DNA of 64,000 nucleotides from Mycobacteriales bacterium (GCA_038232055.1 JBBSIN010000002.1:11240-75239), one strand, 5' to 3'. Shown: positions 47,622 through 56,597, counted from the first letter of the stretch. Notes: a model not told the origin generated them from the letters alone. Numbers and translations: made by a program.

Positions 47622-49712
47622 ATGGGTCGAATGACATCCACGAGCGCCGATGGCGACCTGCGTGCGCAAGCGCAGTCCTGGCTGGTCCGCCTCGCCGGAC
47701 CGGCGGCGACGCTCCGGGAGGACCAGTGGTGCGCGATCGAGGCGCTGACCGCGGGCCGGGCCGTCGTCAACGTGCAGCGCACCGGGGCCGGCAAGAGCGC
47801 CGTGTACTGGGTCGCCACCGCGCTACGCCGGGCGCTCGGCGCCGGCCCGACCCTCGTGGTCTCGCCGCTGCTGGCGCTCATGCGCGACCAGGTGGCCGCC
47901 GCCGCCCGCGCCGGGCTGTCCGCCGCCACGATCAACTCGGCGAACATCGAGGACTGGGACGCGATCGAGGCCACGCTGCTCGACGGTGAGCTCGACGTAC
48001 TCCTCGTCTCACCGGAGCGGCTGAACTCTGTTGGCTTCCGCAGCCGCGTCCTTCCCGGACTTGGCGGGCGGCTCGGCATGCTCGTCATCGACGAGGCCCA
48101 CTGCATCAGCGACTGGGGCCATGACTTCCGCCCCGACTATCTCCGGCTGCGGCATCTCATCTCGGACCTGCCGGACGGCACTCCGGTGCTGGCCACGACG
48201 GCTACCGCCAACGCCAGGGTCCGCATCGACGTCGCCTCGCAGGTCGGCGCGAACACCCTGACCTTGCACGGTCCGCTGGACCGTCCCTCGCTCGCCCTCT
48301 CGGTGGTCAACACCCGGTCGGTCCCGGGCGCGTACGCCTGGGTCGCCGACGCGCTCGGCGCCATTGCAGGGTCGGGGATCGTCTACACCCTCACGGTGGC
48401 CGAGACGTCGCGGCTGGCCGGGTTCCTCGCCGAGCGAGGGCATGCCGTGGCGGCGTACTCCTCCGACACCCCGGCCGAAGATCGCGCCAAGCTCGAGGTC
48501 GCCCTGCTGCGCAACGAGCTCACCGCGCTCGTGGCGACCAGCTCGCTCGGTATGGGGTTCGACAAGGGCGACGTCGCCTTCGTCATCCATCTGGGTGCCC
48601 CGTCGACGCCGATCGCGTACTACCAGCAGGTCGGCCGCGCTGGCCGAGCTTTGGACTCGGCGGTCGGGGCACTCCTGCCGACAGCCGCCGACGAGCGGAT
48701 CTGGGCCTACTTCGACTCGACGGCGATGCCGCCGGAGCCAACCGTACGACGCGTGCTCGACGCCCTTGCCCACGGCGACGGCGCGCCGAGAAGCGTTCCG
48801 GCGCTGGAGGCCGCGACCGACCTGCGCCGGGGACGGCTGGAGTCACTGCTGAAGATCCTCGACGTGGACGGCGCGGTCACTCGCACCGGCGGTGGCTACG
48901 TGGCCACCGGCGTCCCGTGGCGCTACGACGCGCAGCGGTACGCCGACATCGCTGCCGCTCGCAAGGCCGAGCAGGCGATCATGCGGCGCTATCTCACCGC
49001 TGACAGCTGCCTGATGCGCCAGCTGCGTTCAGCACTGGACGACCCCGGCGCGGCGGACTGCGGCCGGTGCTCGGTGTGCACCGGCACGCTGCCCCCTCCG
49101 GGGTTGGCGCCGTCGAAGGAGACGCTCGTCGCCGCGGTCGGGTATCTGCGCGGGGTCGTCAACGTCGTCGAGCCGCGCAAGATGTGGCCGGCCGGCGGCG
49201 CTCGCCGGGGGACGATCCCGCCCGGCCTACGAGCCGAGCCGGGACGCGCGCTGGCGTTCGCCGAGGATCCCGGTTGGGGCGAGGCCGTCGGTACGGCCCT
49301 CGCCGGCGACGGCCCAGCCCCGGAGGAGATCGTCGAGGGATGCGTGCGGCTGCTGAGCCGGTGGGGATGGCCGGCCGGTCGACCACTCGCGGTGGTGCCG
49401 ATGCCGTCCCGACGGCACGGCCGGCTGATCGACGACATCGCCGCTCGGATCGGCTCCATAGGCCGGCTGCCGGTGGTCCCCGCCCTCTGCCTCGTCGACG
49501 ACGGGGTCTTTCAGGACGACGCACCGACGAACCGGCTCGCTGCCGACGGTGCGTTTCGCCGACTGCGGGTCACCGGAGCGGTTCCCAACGGGCCGGTGCT
49601 GCTCGTCGACGACTACGCCCGCTCCACGTTCACGCTCACCGTGGGCGCGGCGCTGCTGCGCGAGGCAGGCGCCGGGCCGGTGTACCCGCTGGTCGTGCAC
49701 AAGCGGATGTGA
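47622..49712 (+). CDS. RecQ-like helicase of the RqlH type (helicase, tetracysteine Zn domain, ComF-like PRTase domain)
   Basis: 'RTGAGKSAVYW' and 'LVIDEAHCISDWGHDFRPDY'. Cys cluster 'C..MRQL...DCGRCSVC'. C-terminal 'VLLVDDYARSTFTLTVGAALLREAG' is phosphoribosyltransferase-like. Confidence 0.8.
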   Translation: MGRMTSTSADGDLRAQAQSWLVRLAGPAATLREDQWCAIEALTAGRAVVNVQRTGAGKSAVYWVATALRRALGAGPTLVVSPLLALMRDQVAAAARAGLSAATINSANIEDWDAIEATLLDGELDVLLVSPERLNSVGFRSRVLPGLGGRLGMLVIDEAHCISDWGHDFRPDYLRLRHLISDLPDGTPVLATTATANARVRIDVASQVGANTLTLHGPLDRPSLALSVVNTRSVPGAYAWVADALGAIAGSGIVYTLTVAETSRLAGFLAERGHAVAAYSSDTPAEDRAKLEVALLRNELTALVATSSLGMGFDKGDVAFVIHLGAPSTPIAYYQQVGRAGRALDSAVGALLPTAADERIWAYFDSTAMPPEPTVRRVLDALAHGDGAPRSVPALEAATDLRRGRLESLLKILDVDGAVTRTGGGYVATGVPWRYDAQRYADIAAARKAEQAIMRRYLTADSCLMRQLRSALDDPGAADCGRCSVCTGTLPPPGLAPSKETLVAAVGYLRGVVNVVEPRKMWPAGGARRGTIPPGLRAEPGRALAFAEDPGWGEAVGTALAGDGPAPEEIVEGCVRLLSRWGWPAGRPLAVVPMPSRRHGRLIDDIAARIGSIGRLPVVPALCLVDDGVFQDDAPTNRLAADGAFRRLRVTGAVPNGPVLLVDDYARSTFTLTVGAALLREAGAGPVYPLVVHKRM

Positions 49713-49725
49713 CCGGCGGCGGCGC

Positions 49726-50397
49726 TCAGCCGGTCGCGGGCGGGTCGAAGACGCGGATGTGCACCGCGCGAAACAACGCCGGCGTCGATTCGAGGACCCG
49801 CTGCCTCGGGTCGGGCACGTCCAGGGTCCGGGTCACCAGGAGTGAGCGCAACGGCGCCAGTCGTCGATCGTCCAGAACGGCCGCCAGCGCCCGTCGGTCG
49901 CCACCCGTCACGACGGCGTCGAGATCGGGAGCGGCCGGTACCAGGATGCGAGCAGCGGTGTCAGCCGCGGCGTCGAGCGCCACGCGTGCCTGAGCCTCCC
50001 GGCGCCGGGCGAAGCGCCGCTGCGACCACCCGCCGGCCGCGGAGCGGCCGTGCACCTGCCGCGACCCCACCTTCGACGCGACCAGCCGCTCCCCGTCGAA
50101 GACACCCACGGCGTAACCGCCGAGCCGCACCAGCAGCACGCCTACTCGCCGGGATGAGCAGGCCGACTCGAGCAGGCCGCCGTACAGCAGCGACGGGTCG
50201 GCGGACAGCGGCGGGAACGACACCGTGCATTCGGCCCGAGCGCCGTCCGCCGCCGTCAGGACGACGGTCTGCGCGTCAGCGGTCCACGCCACCTCACCGT
50301 GTCGCTCCGCGAACCGAGCGAGCCAACCCGCCAGGCGCTGCGGCGCGACGGTCACCGACCGTCCGCCGGCCGTAGAGGAGGGACCGCTCCCGCTCAA
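49726..50397 (-). CDS. acVLRF1-type (Vms1-like release factor) protein, putative peptidyl-tRNA hydrolase
   Basis: 'VGSRQVHGRSAAGGWSQRRFARRRE' is the signature as I recall it for the actinobacterial VLRF1 clade. Start chosen at TTG 50397, behind a GGAGGAGGG RBS; the track ORF extends to 50448. Confidence 0.6.
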   Translation of the reverse strand: MSGSGPSSTAGGRSVTVAPQRLAGWLARFAERHGEVAWTADAQTVVLTAADGARAECTVSFPPLSADPSLLYGGLLESACSSRRVGVLLVRLGGYAVGVFDGERLVASKVGSRQVHGRSAAGGWSQRRFARRREAQARVALDAAADTAARILVPAAPDLDAVVTGGDRRALAAVLDDRRLAPLRSLLVTRTLDVPDPRQRVLESTPALFRAVHIRVFDPPATG

Positions 50398-50496
50398 CTG
50401 CCCTCCTCCGTACCTCGGGCGCCTCTCGGGGTGTCTGCTCCTCAACATCGCAGACGCGGAGCCGCAGGCAATCCGCTATGTTGGATGTATTGCTCG

Positions 50497-50529
50497 CCGC
50501 CGTCCTATGGGATTGGCGGAGCTTTTTTT
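50497..50529 (+). terminator. intrinsic terminator-like hairpin followed by T7
   Basis: ccgcc-N13-ggcgg followed by agc-ttttttt. A T7 run is conspicuous in this GC-rich DNA. Confidence 0.45.
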
Positions 50530-50634
50530 GTGGGGACATCGGCTGGTGAGTAGAGGCGAAGCCGCTCTGTTTCCCGACGGTCTAGTGCCTCGCCCAATAG
50601 GGTTTGCCACGCCGGTTTCGGCTCAGTGTTCCTT

Positions 50635-50684
50635 GATCCAGGGATACCTGGACACGTGCTGGTGTGCCCAGGTTTCCCTGGATC
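50635..50684. repeat. 50-nt imperfect palindrome (~20 bp stem)
   Basis: gatccagggatacctggacac-gtgctg-gtgtgcccaggtttccctggatc, with one mismatch and one 2-nt bulge. Confidence 0.75.
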
Positions 50685-50844
50685 ATTGCCCGCCCTGCTC
50701 GCCAGCCGACCTCGACCGTTACCGACGACGTCGAAGGCGGGCCGGACGACATCCCAGGGGTGCCAAGTGAGGGTGCCGTGTCGCCCGCACCCCGGCGCAC
50801 CGGTCACTATGCAGCCGATGGTTGCCTGACGCGGGACTGCTCAG

Positions 50845-51733
50845 GAGCCGAAGCGGTACCTGCCGTACTGCCACTCTTCCTGAACAAGACTGACTTCGAC
50901 GCCGTGCGTGAGTTTACGAAGGCAACAACACCATTCGGGGCGAGGCCCGTACACCACTGGATGGCAGGCGGTGCAAGACGTCAGCGCTGGTAAGGCCGGC
51001 AGCCTTGCTGCCAGATGCTCACGCAACGCTGTCGGTCTGCAACGGTCAGCGGACCGGGCTTGCGGACCAGCTTGGCGGCTACCCTTGGGACCGAGGATTG
51101 GGACTGCCGGGAGAGACCGGCCACGAGCCGCGTCCTGTCCGCGGCCGCCCACTACGAGCCGTTCGCTGACCGGTGAGAGCCATCCTCCGGAACGCCGGGC
51201 CTCGACCTTCGCGTCCGATACCGCTTGGCATCGATGACGAACACCCCCGCCGGGCCGATGACGACATGGTCGAGGTTTGCGCGGCTGTGCGGTATGCGTC
51301 GGTCGTGCAGTACAAAGATCCCCTCGCTGGCGAGGGAGTCGAGCCGGCTGGCGACCTTCTCCTCACCGACTGCCCTGGAGCGCCACACCGCGGTGTGCTG
51401 CGGGTCGTCGGTCAGCGTCAGGATGTGGCCGCCGAGCCTGGGATGCGCGGCTCGGATGCGCTCCTCGCGCTTGGCGGCACGCTTGTGGTATTCGCCGGGT
51501 GCCGAGCCGCCGGCCAGTCCGCTCCCGGTGGCCGGCTGCGCCGTGGCGAAGTACTCGTCGACGCTCGCCGCCGGCTTGCCCGAAGTCGGCTGCCTGTCCG
51601 AAGTCGCTGTCGGGACGGGTGCCTCCGCAGCTTCTTCCGCGTCGTAACACGCTCTCTCACCTGGAGAGTTTCGGCTCGCCGGGCGCTGGACTGCACTGAC
51701 CGGCTTGTCAACCACACCTCGGCTCGGCGTCAC
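50845..51733 (-). pseudogene. NERD domain protein, multiply frameshifted
   Basis: The N-terminal part is intact: 'RAAHPRLGGHILTLTDDPQ...GEEKVASRLDSLASEGIFVLHDRRIPHSRANLDHVVIGPAGVFVIDAKRY'. The family continuation appears in other frames: 'KVEARRSGGWLSPVSERLVVGGR', 'DRTRLVAGLSRQ', 'GVVAFVNS' and 'THGVEVSLVQEEW'. Confidence 0.55.
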
Positions 51734-51746
51734 TTGAGCTTTCCCG

Positions 51747-54700
51747 TCAGCTGCAGCCACTCGTGCTACCGCAGGACTCGCACACGTAGCAGCTGCCGGC
51801 CGGTCGCATCGTGATGCCGCAGGTGAAGCAGAGTGGGGCGTCCACCGCCGTCTGCGAGCTGAACCAGGCACCCTGGCCGGCGTCGCCCGGACGGGCAGCC
51901 GGTTCGGTTGCCATGGAGGGTCCCGGCGCCTCTACCGGCGCGGAGGATCGGAGCGAGTCGACGTCGGACTCGGTCACGCCTCCCTCGGCTCCGGGCAACG
52001 CGGGCGGACCGTCCTCGTACGACGACGCCACGGTCACCGCCCGCTCCGCCGCCGTGAACACGCCCAGTTCGGCCCGCTTCTCCACCGGTAGGTAGTCGAG
52101 TGCCAACCGCCGGAAGATGTAGTCCATGACCGACTGGGCCATCCGCACATCGGGGTCGTCGGTCATGCCGGCCGGGTCGAAGCGCATGTTGATGTACTTG
52201 GTGACGAACGCTTCGAGCGGGACGCCGTACTGCAGGCCAATGGAAATGGCCACCGAGAACGCATCCATGACACCGGCCAGGGTCGACCCCTGCTTCGACA
52301 TCTTGATGAAGACCTCGCCCAGACCGTCATCCGGGTAGGAGCCCGCGGTGAGGTAACCCTCCGCACCGCCTACCGCGAACGACACCGTCTGGCTCGGCCG
52401 CTTCTTCGGCAGCCGCTTCCTCGTCGGCCGCTGCTCGAGCGCGGCGATGGCCGCCGGAGCCTTCTTCGCCAGGGAGAGCGGCTGGCCCACCTTGCAGTTG
52501 TCGCGGTAGATCGCCAGCGCCTTCAAGCCCAGCTTCCAGCCCTGGAAGTAGATGTGCTCGACGTCCTCGACCGTCGCGGACTCCGGCATGTTGACCGTGT
52601 TGTGGTTGACGATGCCGTTGGCCACGAAGGCATGCGTGGTGGGTACGGAGATGTCGAAGACTTCCCGCTCGCCTGCGTCCGCCACGCTGACGATCGGGCT
52701 GAACCGCACGCCGCACGCATCGGTTGCGTTCGCCACAGCCGACATCGCGCCGAGCTGCTCGGCTCGGGCACGCTTGTCGTGCTCGACGAAGGGCACCAGC
52801 CGGGACATCAGCCGCGCGTTGTCACCGCTGGCGTAGACCTCGTCGTAGCTCCGGCCGTTGTCGTCGTTGGGCTCGCCGGTGCGACCGTGTTCGCCGGTGC
52901 GACCGTGTTCGACGCCGAGGTTCGTCAGGACGGCCTGGAGGTCGTCGAGCAGGCGTGGGGCGCCCAAACGGATGAACCACCTGGCCGCAGCGGCTGCCAC
53001 CGGCGGATGCAGGTCGACGCCGAGGGAGATGCCGCGCAGGAACGAGATCACCATTCGGCGTGGCGAGCGCAGCACGGCGTCGGGGATGCACTTGGTCGAG
53101 GCGTCGGCACCGCACCCAAGGTGGTCCAGGAACTCCACCACCAGCTGGCTCGACGCGACGACACCGGGACACGCGCCAGGCCGCTCGACGATCGAAGCGT
53201 CGAGACCGAACTCGGTCCGCCACGCCTCGCGCAGCCGCTCGAGGACGCCTCGGTCATTGTTCCCAATCGTCACCGACCGGGCCGACCTGGCCGACCGGTC
53301 GGTGACGCCCCGCGCGGCGTAGGCGCCCAGCAAGAAGGCGAGCTCCTCGGTCATCTCAACCGGAAGCCGAACCTGCTGCTGGGCGGGGTACGGCGAGGTG
53401 GGCCGGAACCCGTCGAATCGGGCCGGCAGCGTTGCCCACAGGTCGGCGCCGTACTGCACCGCGACGCGGTCGTCGACTTGGACCTCACTAAGCGCCCGCC
53501 ACTCGGGCTCGCCTGGCGACGCGACCAGCACCCGGTGGTTGGGCGTCCCGGTCACCCGGTGCCCGGACCGCAGCACGATGCTCCGGACCGGCCGAATCCC
53601 GCCGTAGTAGAAGGCGTCCGTCTTCCGCGGTCCGTCGAGACTTGCCACTTCCAGGATCTCGGAGCGGAAGGTGTCGGCCGGCTCACCGTCGTGCATGTTG
53701 CCGATCCTGACCAGCCCATCGGCCGTCGTAAGCAGCGTCTCTCCCACCACACACTTCGAGATCGCACCGGAGAGGAACGGCTGTACGGCGGCCATCATCC
53801 GGACGTGACCCATCGGCGAGATCGCGCGCTCCCCCATGGCGCAGTCGAAGACCTCGTAGTGCTCGGTCTTGAGCCCCGGGGCGTCGAGCACGTTGCCGTG
53901 TTCGCCGATGTGCTCCACGATCGCCTCGACCTGCTCCTGCTGGTAGCCGAGCTTCCGTAGTGCGCGCGGCACGGTCTGATTGACGATCTTCATCGACGCG
54001 CCGCCGACGAGCTTCTTCAGCTTGACCAAGCCGAGGTCGGGCTCAATGCCGGTGGTGTCGACGTCCATCATGAAACCGATGGTCCCGGTGGGCGCGAGAA
54101 GGCTCGCCTGTGCGTTGCGCCACCCGTTGCGCTCGCCGACGTGGAGGGACTCCTTCCACTGTCGCCGCGCCTCGGCGAGGATCTGCTCGTCGTCCGCGCC
54201 CACGGTGCGCATCGTGTCGTTGGCGGCAGTGTGCTTGCGCATCACCCGCTTGTGCGCCTCGGCGTTGCGCGCATAGCCGTCGTAGGGGCCGACGACGCCG
54301 GCGAGCTCGGCGGAGCGCTTGTACGCCGTACCCGTCATGAGCGAGGTGATGGCCGCCGCAAGCGCCCGGCCGCCCTCGGACTCGTAGCCGTGGCCGGTGG
54401 CCATGAGCAGGGCGCCGAGGTTGGCGTAGCCGATGCCGAGCTGTCGGTACGTACGAGTCACCTCGGTGATCGCTTCCGTCGGGAAGTCGGCGAAGGAAAT
54501 CGAGATGTCCATGGCCGTGATGATCAGCTCCACGGCCTTGACGAACCGGGCCGAGTCGAACCTGTCGTCGTCGCGCAGGAACTTCATGAGGTTGAGCGAC
54601 GCGAGGTTGCAGGAGGAGTTGTCGAGGTGGACGTACTCCGAACATGGGTTGCTCGCCGTGATGCGGCCGCTCTCCGGACAGGTGTGCCAGTCGTTGATCG

Positions 54701-56597
54701 TGTCGTCGTACTGCAGGCCGGGATCGGCACATCCCCACGCCGCCTGCGCCAAGGAGCGGAAGAGTGTCTTGGCGTCGAGGGTGTCGACGGCTGACCCGTC
54801 CAGCCGCGCGCGGGTGGAGAACGGCTGGCCCTCCTCCACCGCCTGCAGAAACTCGTCACTCACCCGGACGGAGTTGTTGGCGTTCTGGTACTGGACACTG
54901 ACGATGTCCTTGCCGCCGAGGTCCATGTCGTAGCCGGCGTCGCGCAGTGCCCGAATCTTGTGCTCCTCGCGGACCTTGGTCTCGACGAACTCCTCGATGT
55001 CGGGGTGGTCGACGTCGAGCACGACCATCTTCGCGGCGCGCCTGGTGGCACCGCCCGACTTGATCGTGCCCGCCGACGCGTCGGCGCCGCGCATGAACGA
55101 CACGGGCCCGCTCGCGGTGCCGCCGGAGGACAGCAGCTCCCGCGAGGAACGGATCCGCGAGAGGTTGACGCCGGCGCCCGAGCCGCCCTTGAAGATCAGA
55201 CCCTCTTCGCGGTACCAGTTGAGGATCGAGTCCATCGTGTCCTCGACCGCGAGGATGAAGCAGTTGTGGACCCGGAGATTGCCGGAGAGGTATTCACCGC
55301 TCTCCGTCTGGATGTCGTAGACCGGCATGGCGCCCAATGGCTCGACGCGGGCCACGCGCACCCGCTCGACCGGCAGCGCGCGACAGCCGGGCAGATCGAA
55401 GGATCGCTCGAGCTCCGCTGCTTTGACCGGGTCGGAAAACCCGATCTCGTCCGCGAACGTACGACGATCGCCGGCGCTCTCGATGCTGATGCTCCACGCA
55501 TCGCCGCCCGACGCATCGCCGCCCGACGCATCACTGCCCCTGACATCACGGTGCTCGGACCGCGCTTCGACGCTGCGGCTCAGACGCGCGAAGATGCCGA
55601 ATCGGGTGAGCAGCGCCTGCACTTCGCGGGTCAGTTCGACACCGGTGAGGTCGAGACCGACCAGCGCCGAGCGCGCGGCAACCGAGACGTAGCCCGCCCC
55701 CCGGAAGAGGCTTCGGAGATGCGCCGCAACGACCGGTAGCGGCGCCGCGAACAGATCGGCCGGCGCGCGCTCGCCGGCGGCCCCGGCACGGGCCGCCTCG
55801 GCGATCCCGTGTGAGGTGATCTCCCCTCCGCCGTGCGACTGCGTGCGATGCCACTCCAGCCCGTCGCCCGGCCTTAGGTCTCCGGCCACGACGAACCGTC
55901 CGGGCGTCTCGCCCGACGATCGCCAGACGAGGTGGTCTGCCGTGAGGTCGAGCGCCTGTCCGGCCTCAGTGTGGATCCGCAGCACGTCCTTGACGCCGTT
56001 GCACTTGACGGCGACCACGCTCGTGACGCCGTTGGCGTCGAATACCTTGGCGCCAACCGCGGCGGTCTCGACGAGCCGGCCGATCGGGACAAGACCGTCG
56101 GGGGTGCTCACGAGTGCGTGGTAGGGCTGGCATGCCGAGACCTGCTGCGGCGCGGTCGTGCCGACGTTGAACCAGACCGGGCTGTTGAAGCTGAAGATCT
56201 GGTGCAACAGCATGTAGGTGAGCTCGGCGTCGAAGACCTCGGCGTCCTCGTCGCTGAGCAGGTAGCCATGCTCCGCGCCGGAAGAGACGTACTTCTTCAC
56301 CACGCGGTCGATGAGCTGCCGAAGGCTCCACTCCCGCTGCTCGGTGCCGACGGCGCCGCGGAAGTACTTCGTGGTCACGATGTTGGCCGCGTTGACCGAC
56401 CAGAAGTCCGGGAACTCGACGCCACGCTGCTCGAAGTTGACGGAGCCGTCACGCCAGTTGGTCATGACGACGTCGCGCCGCTCCCAGCTCACCTCGTCGT
56501 ACGGGTGCATCCCGGGCCGGGTGTAGACGCGCTCGATCCGCAGCTCGCGGGCGTTGTGGCCGTTGCTGCTGCGGGACGTGCCGACCGTCTCGGTCAT
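51747..56597 (-). CDS. nrdJ: class II (adenosylcobalamin-dependent) ribonucleotide reductase with two inteins
   Basis: 1616-aa ORF. Extein motifs include 'SPVWFNVGT', 'SA|CFILAVEDTMDSI', 'NPCSEY', 'GAISK|TVNMPE' and a C-terminal Zn finger 'CFTCG...CYVCESCG'. Removing the inteins leaves 941 aa. It lies downstream of nrdR. Confidence 0.95.
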   Translation of the reverse strand: MTETVGTSRSSNGHNARELRIERVYTRPGMHPYDEVSWERRDVVMTNWRDGSVNFEQRGVEFPDFWSVNAANIVTTKYFRGAVGTEQREWSLRQLIDRVVKKYVSSGAEHGYLLSDEDAEVFDAELTYMLLHQIFSFNSPVWFNVGTTAPQQVSACQPYHALVSTPDGLVPIGRLVETAAVGAKVFDANGVTSVVAVKCNGVKDVLRIHTEAGQALDLTADHLVWRSSGETPGRFVVAGDLRPGDGLEWHRTQSHGGGEITSHGIAEAARAGAAGERAPADLFAAPLPVVAAHLRSLFRGAGYVSVAARSALVGLDLTGVELTREVQALLTRFGIFARLSRSVEARSEHRDVRGSDASGGDASGGDAWSISIESAGDRRTFADEIGFSDPVKAAELERSFDLPGCRALPVERVRVARVEPLGAMPVYDIQTESGEYLSGNLRVHNCFILAVEDTMDSILNWYREEGLIFKGGSGAGVNLSRIRSSRELLSSGGTASGPVSFMRGADASAGTIKSGGATRRAAKMVVLDVDHPDIEEFVETKVREEHKIRALRDAGYDMDLGGKDIVSVQYQNANNSVRVSDEFLQAVEEGQPFSTRARLDGSAVDTLDAKTLFRSLAQAAWGCADPGLQYDDTINDWHTCPESGRITASNPCSEYVHLDNSSCNLASLNLMKFLRDDDRFDSARFVKAVELIITAMDISISFADFPTEAITEVTRTYRQLGIGYANLGALLMATGHGYESEGGRALAAAITSLMTGTAYKRSAELAGVVGPYDGYARNAEAHKRVMRKHTAANDTMRTVGADDEQILAEARRQWKESLHVGERNGWRNAQASLLAPTGTIGFMMDVDTTGIEPDLGLVKLKKLVGGASMKIVNQTVPRALRKLGYQQEQVEAIVEHIGEHGNVLDAPGLKTEHYEVFDCAMGERAISPMGHVRMMAAVQPFLSGAISKCVVGETLLTTADGLVRIGNMHDGEPADTFRSEILEVASLDGPRKTDAFYYGGIRPVRSIVLRSGHRVTGTPNHRVLVASPGEPEWRALSEVQVDDRVAVQYGADLWATLPARFDGFRPTSPYPAQQQVRLPVEMTEELAFLLGAYAARGVTDRSARSARSVTIGNNDRGVLERLREAWRTEFGLDASIVERPGACPGVVASSQLVVEFLDHLGCGADASTKCIPDAVLRSPRRMVISFLRGISLGVDLHPPVAAAAARWFIRLGAPRLLDDLQAVLTNLGVEHGRTGEHGRTGEPNDDNGRSYDEVYASGDNARLMSRLVPFVEHDKRARAEQLGAMSAVANATDACGVRFSPIVSVADAGEREVFDISVPTTHAFVANGIVNHNTVNMPESATVEDVEHIYFQGWKLGLKALAIYRDNCKVGQPLSLAKKAPAAIAALEQRPTRKRLPKKRPSQTVSFAVGGAEGYLTAGSYPDDGLGEVFIKMSKQGSTLAGVMDAFSVAISIGLQYGVPLEAFVTKYINMRFDPAGMTDDPDVRMAQSVMDYIFRRLALDYLPVEKRAELGVFTAAERAVTVASSYEDGPPALPGAEGGVTESDVDSLRSSAPVEAPGPSMATEPAARPGDAGQGAWFSSQTAVDAPLCFTCGITMRPAGSCYVCESCGSTSGCS
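52599..53753 (-). other. intein 2 of NrdJ (385 aa, LAGLIDADG-type endonuclease domain)
   Basis: Inserted at AISK/TVNMP. It starts 'CVVGETLLTTADG' and ends 'GIVNHN' followed by +1 Thr. Endonuclease-like blocks are 'LAFLLGAYAARGV' and 'VISFLRGISLGVD'. Confidence 0.85.
55263..56132 (-). other. intein 1 of NrdJ (290 aa)
   Basis: Inserted at QQVSA/CFILAV. It starts 'CQPYHALVSTPDG' and ends 'NLRVHN' followed by +1 Cys. The central block 'LRSLFRGAGYVS' is LAGLIDADG-like. Confidence 0.85.

Noticed and set aside
50449-51150. A possible tmRNA or RNase P RNA in the low-GC gap. It begins GGGGACAUCGG and contains an 'aacaagactgacttcgac' tag-like stretch.
   Set aside because: It has no UUCGAC 5' motif, no tRNA-like 3' end (GGUUCGAnUCC...CCACCA) and no ALAA-type tag with a stop. 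It also lacks the RNase P GAGGAAAGUCCGG core. Most of 50845-51150 is explained by the shifted frames of the NERD pseudogene.
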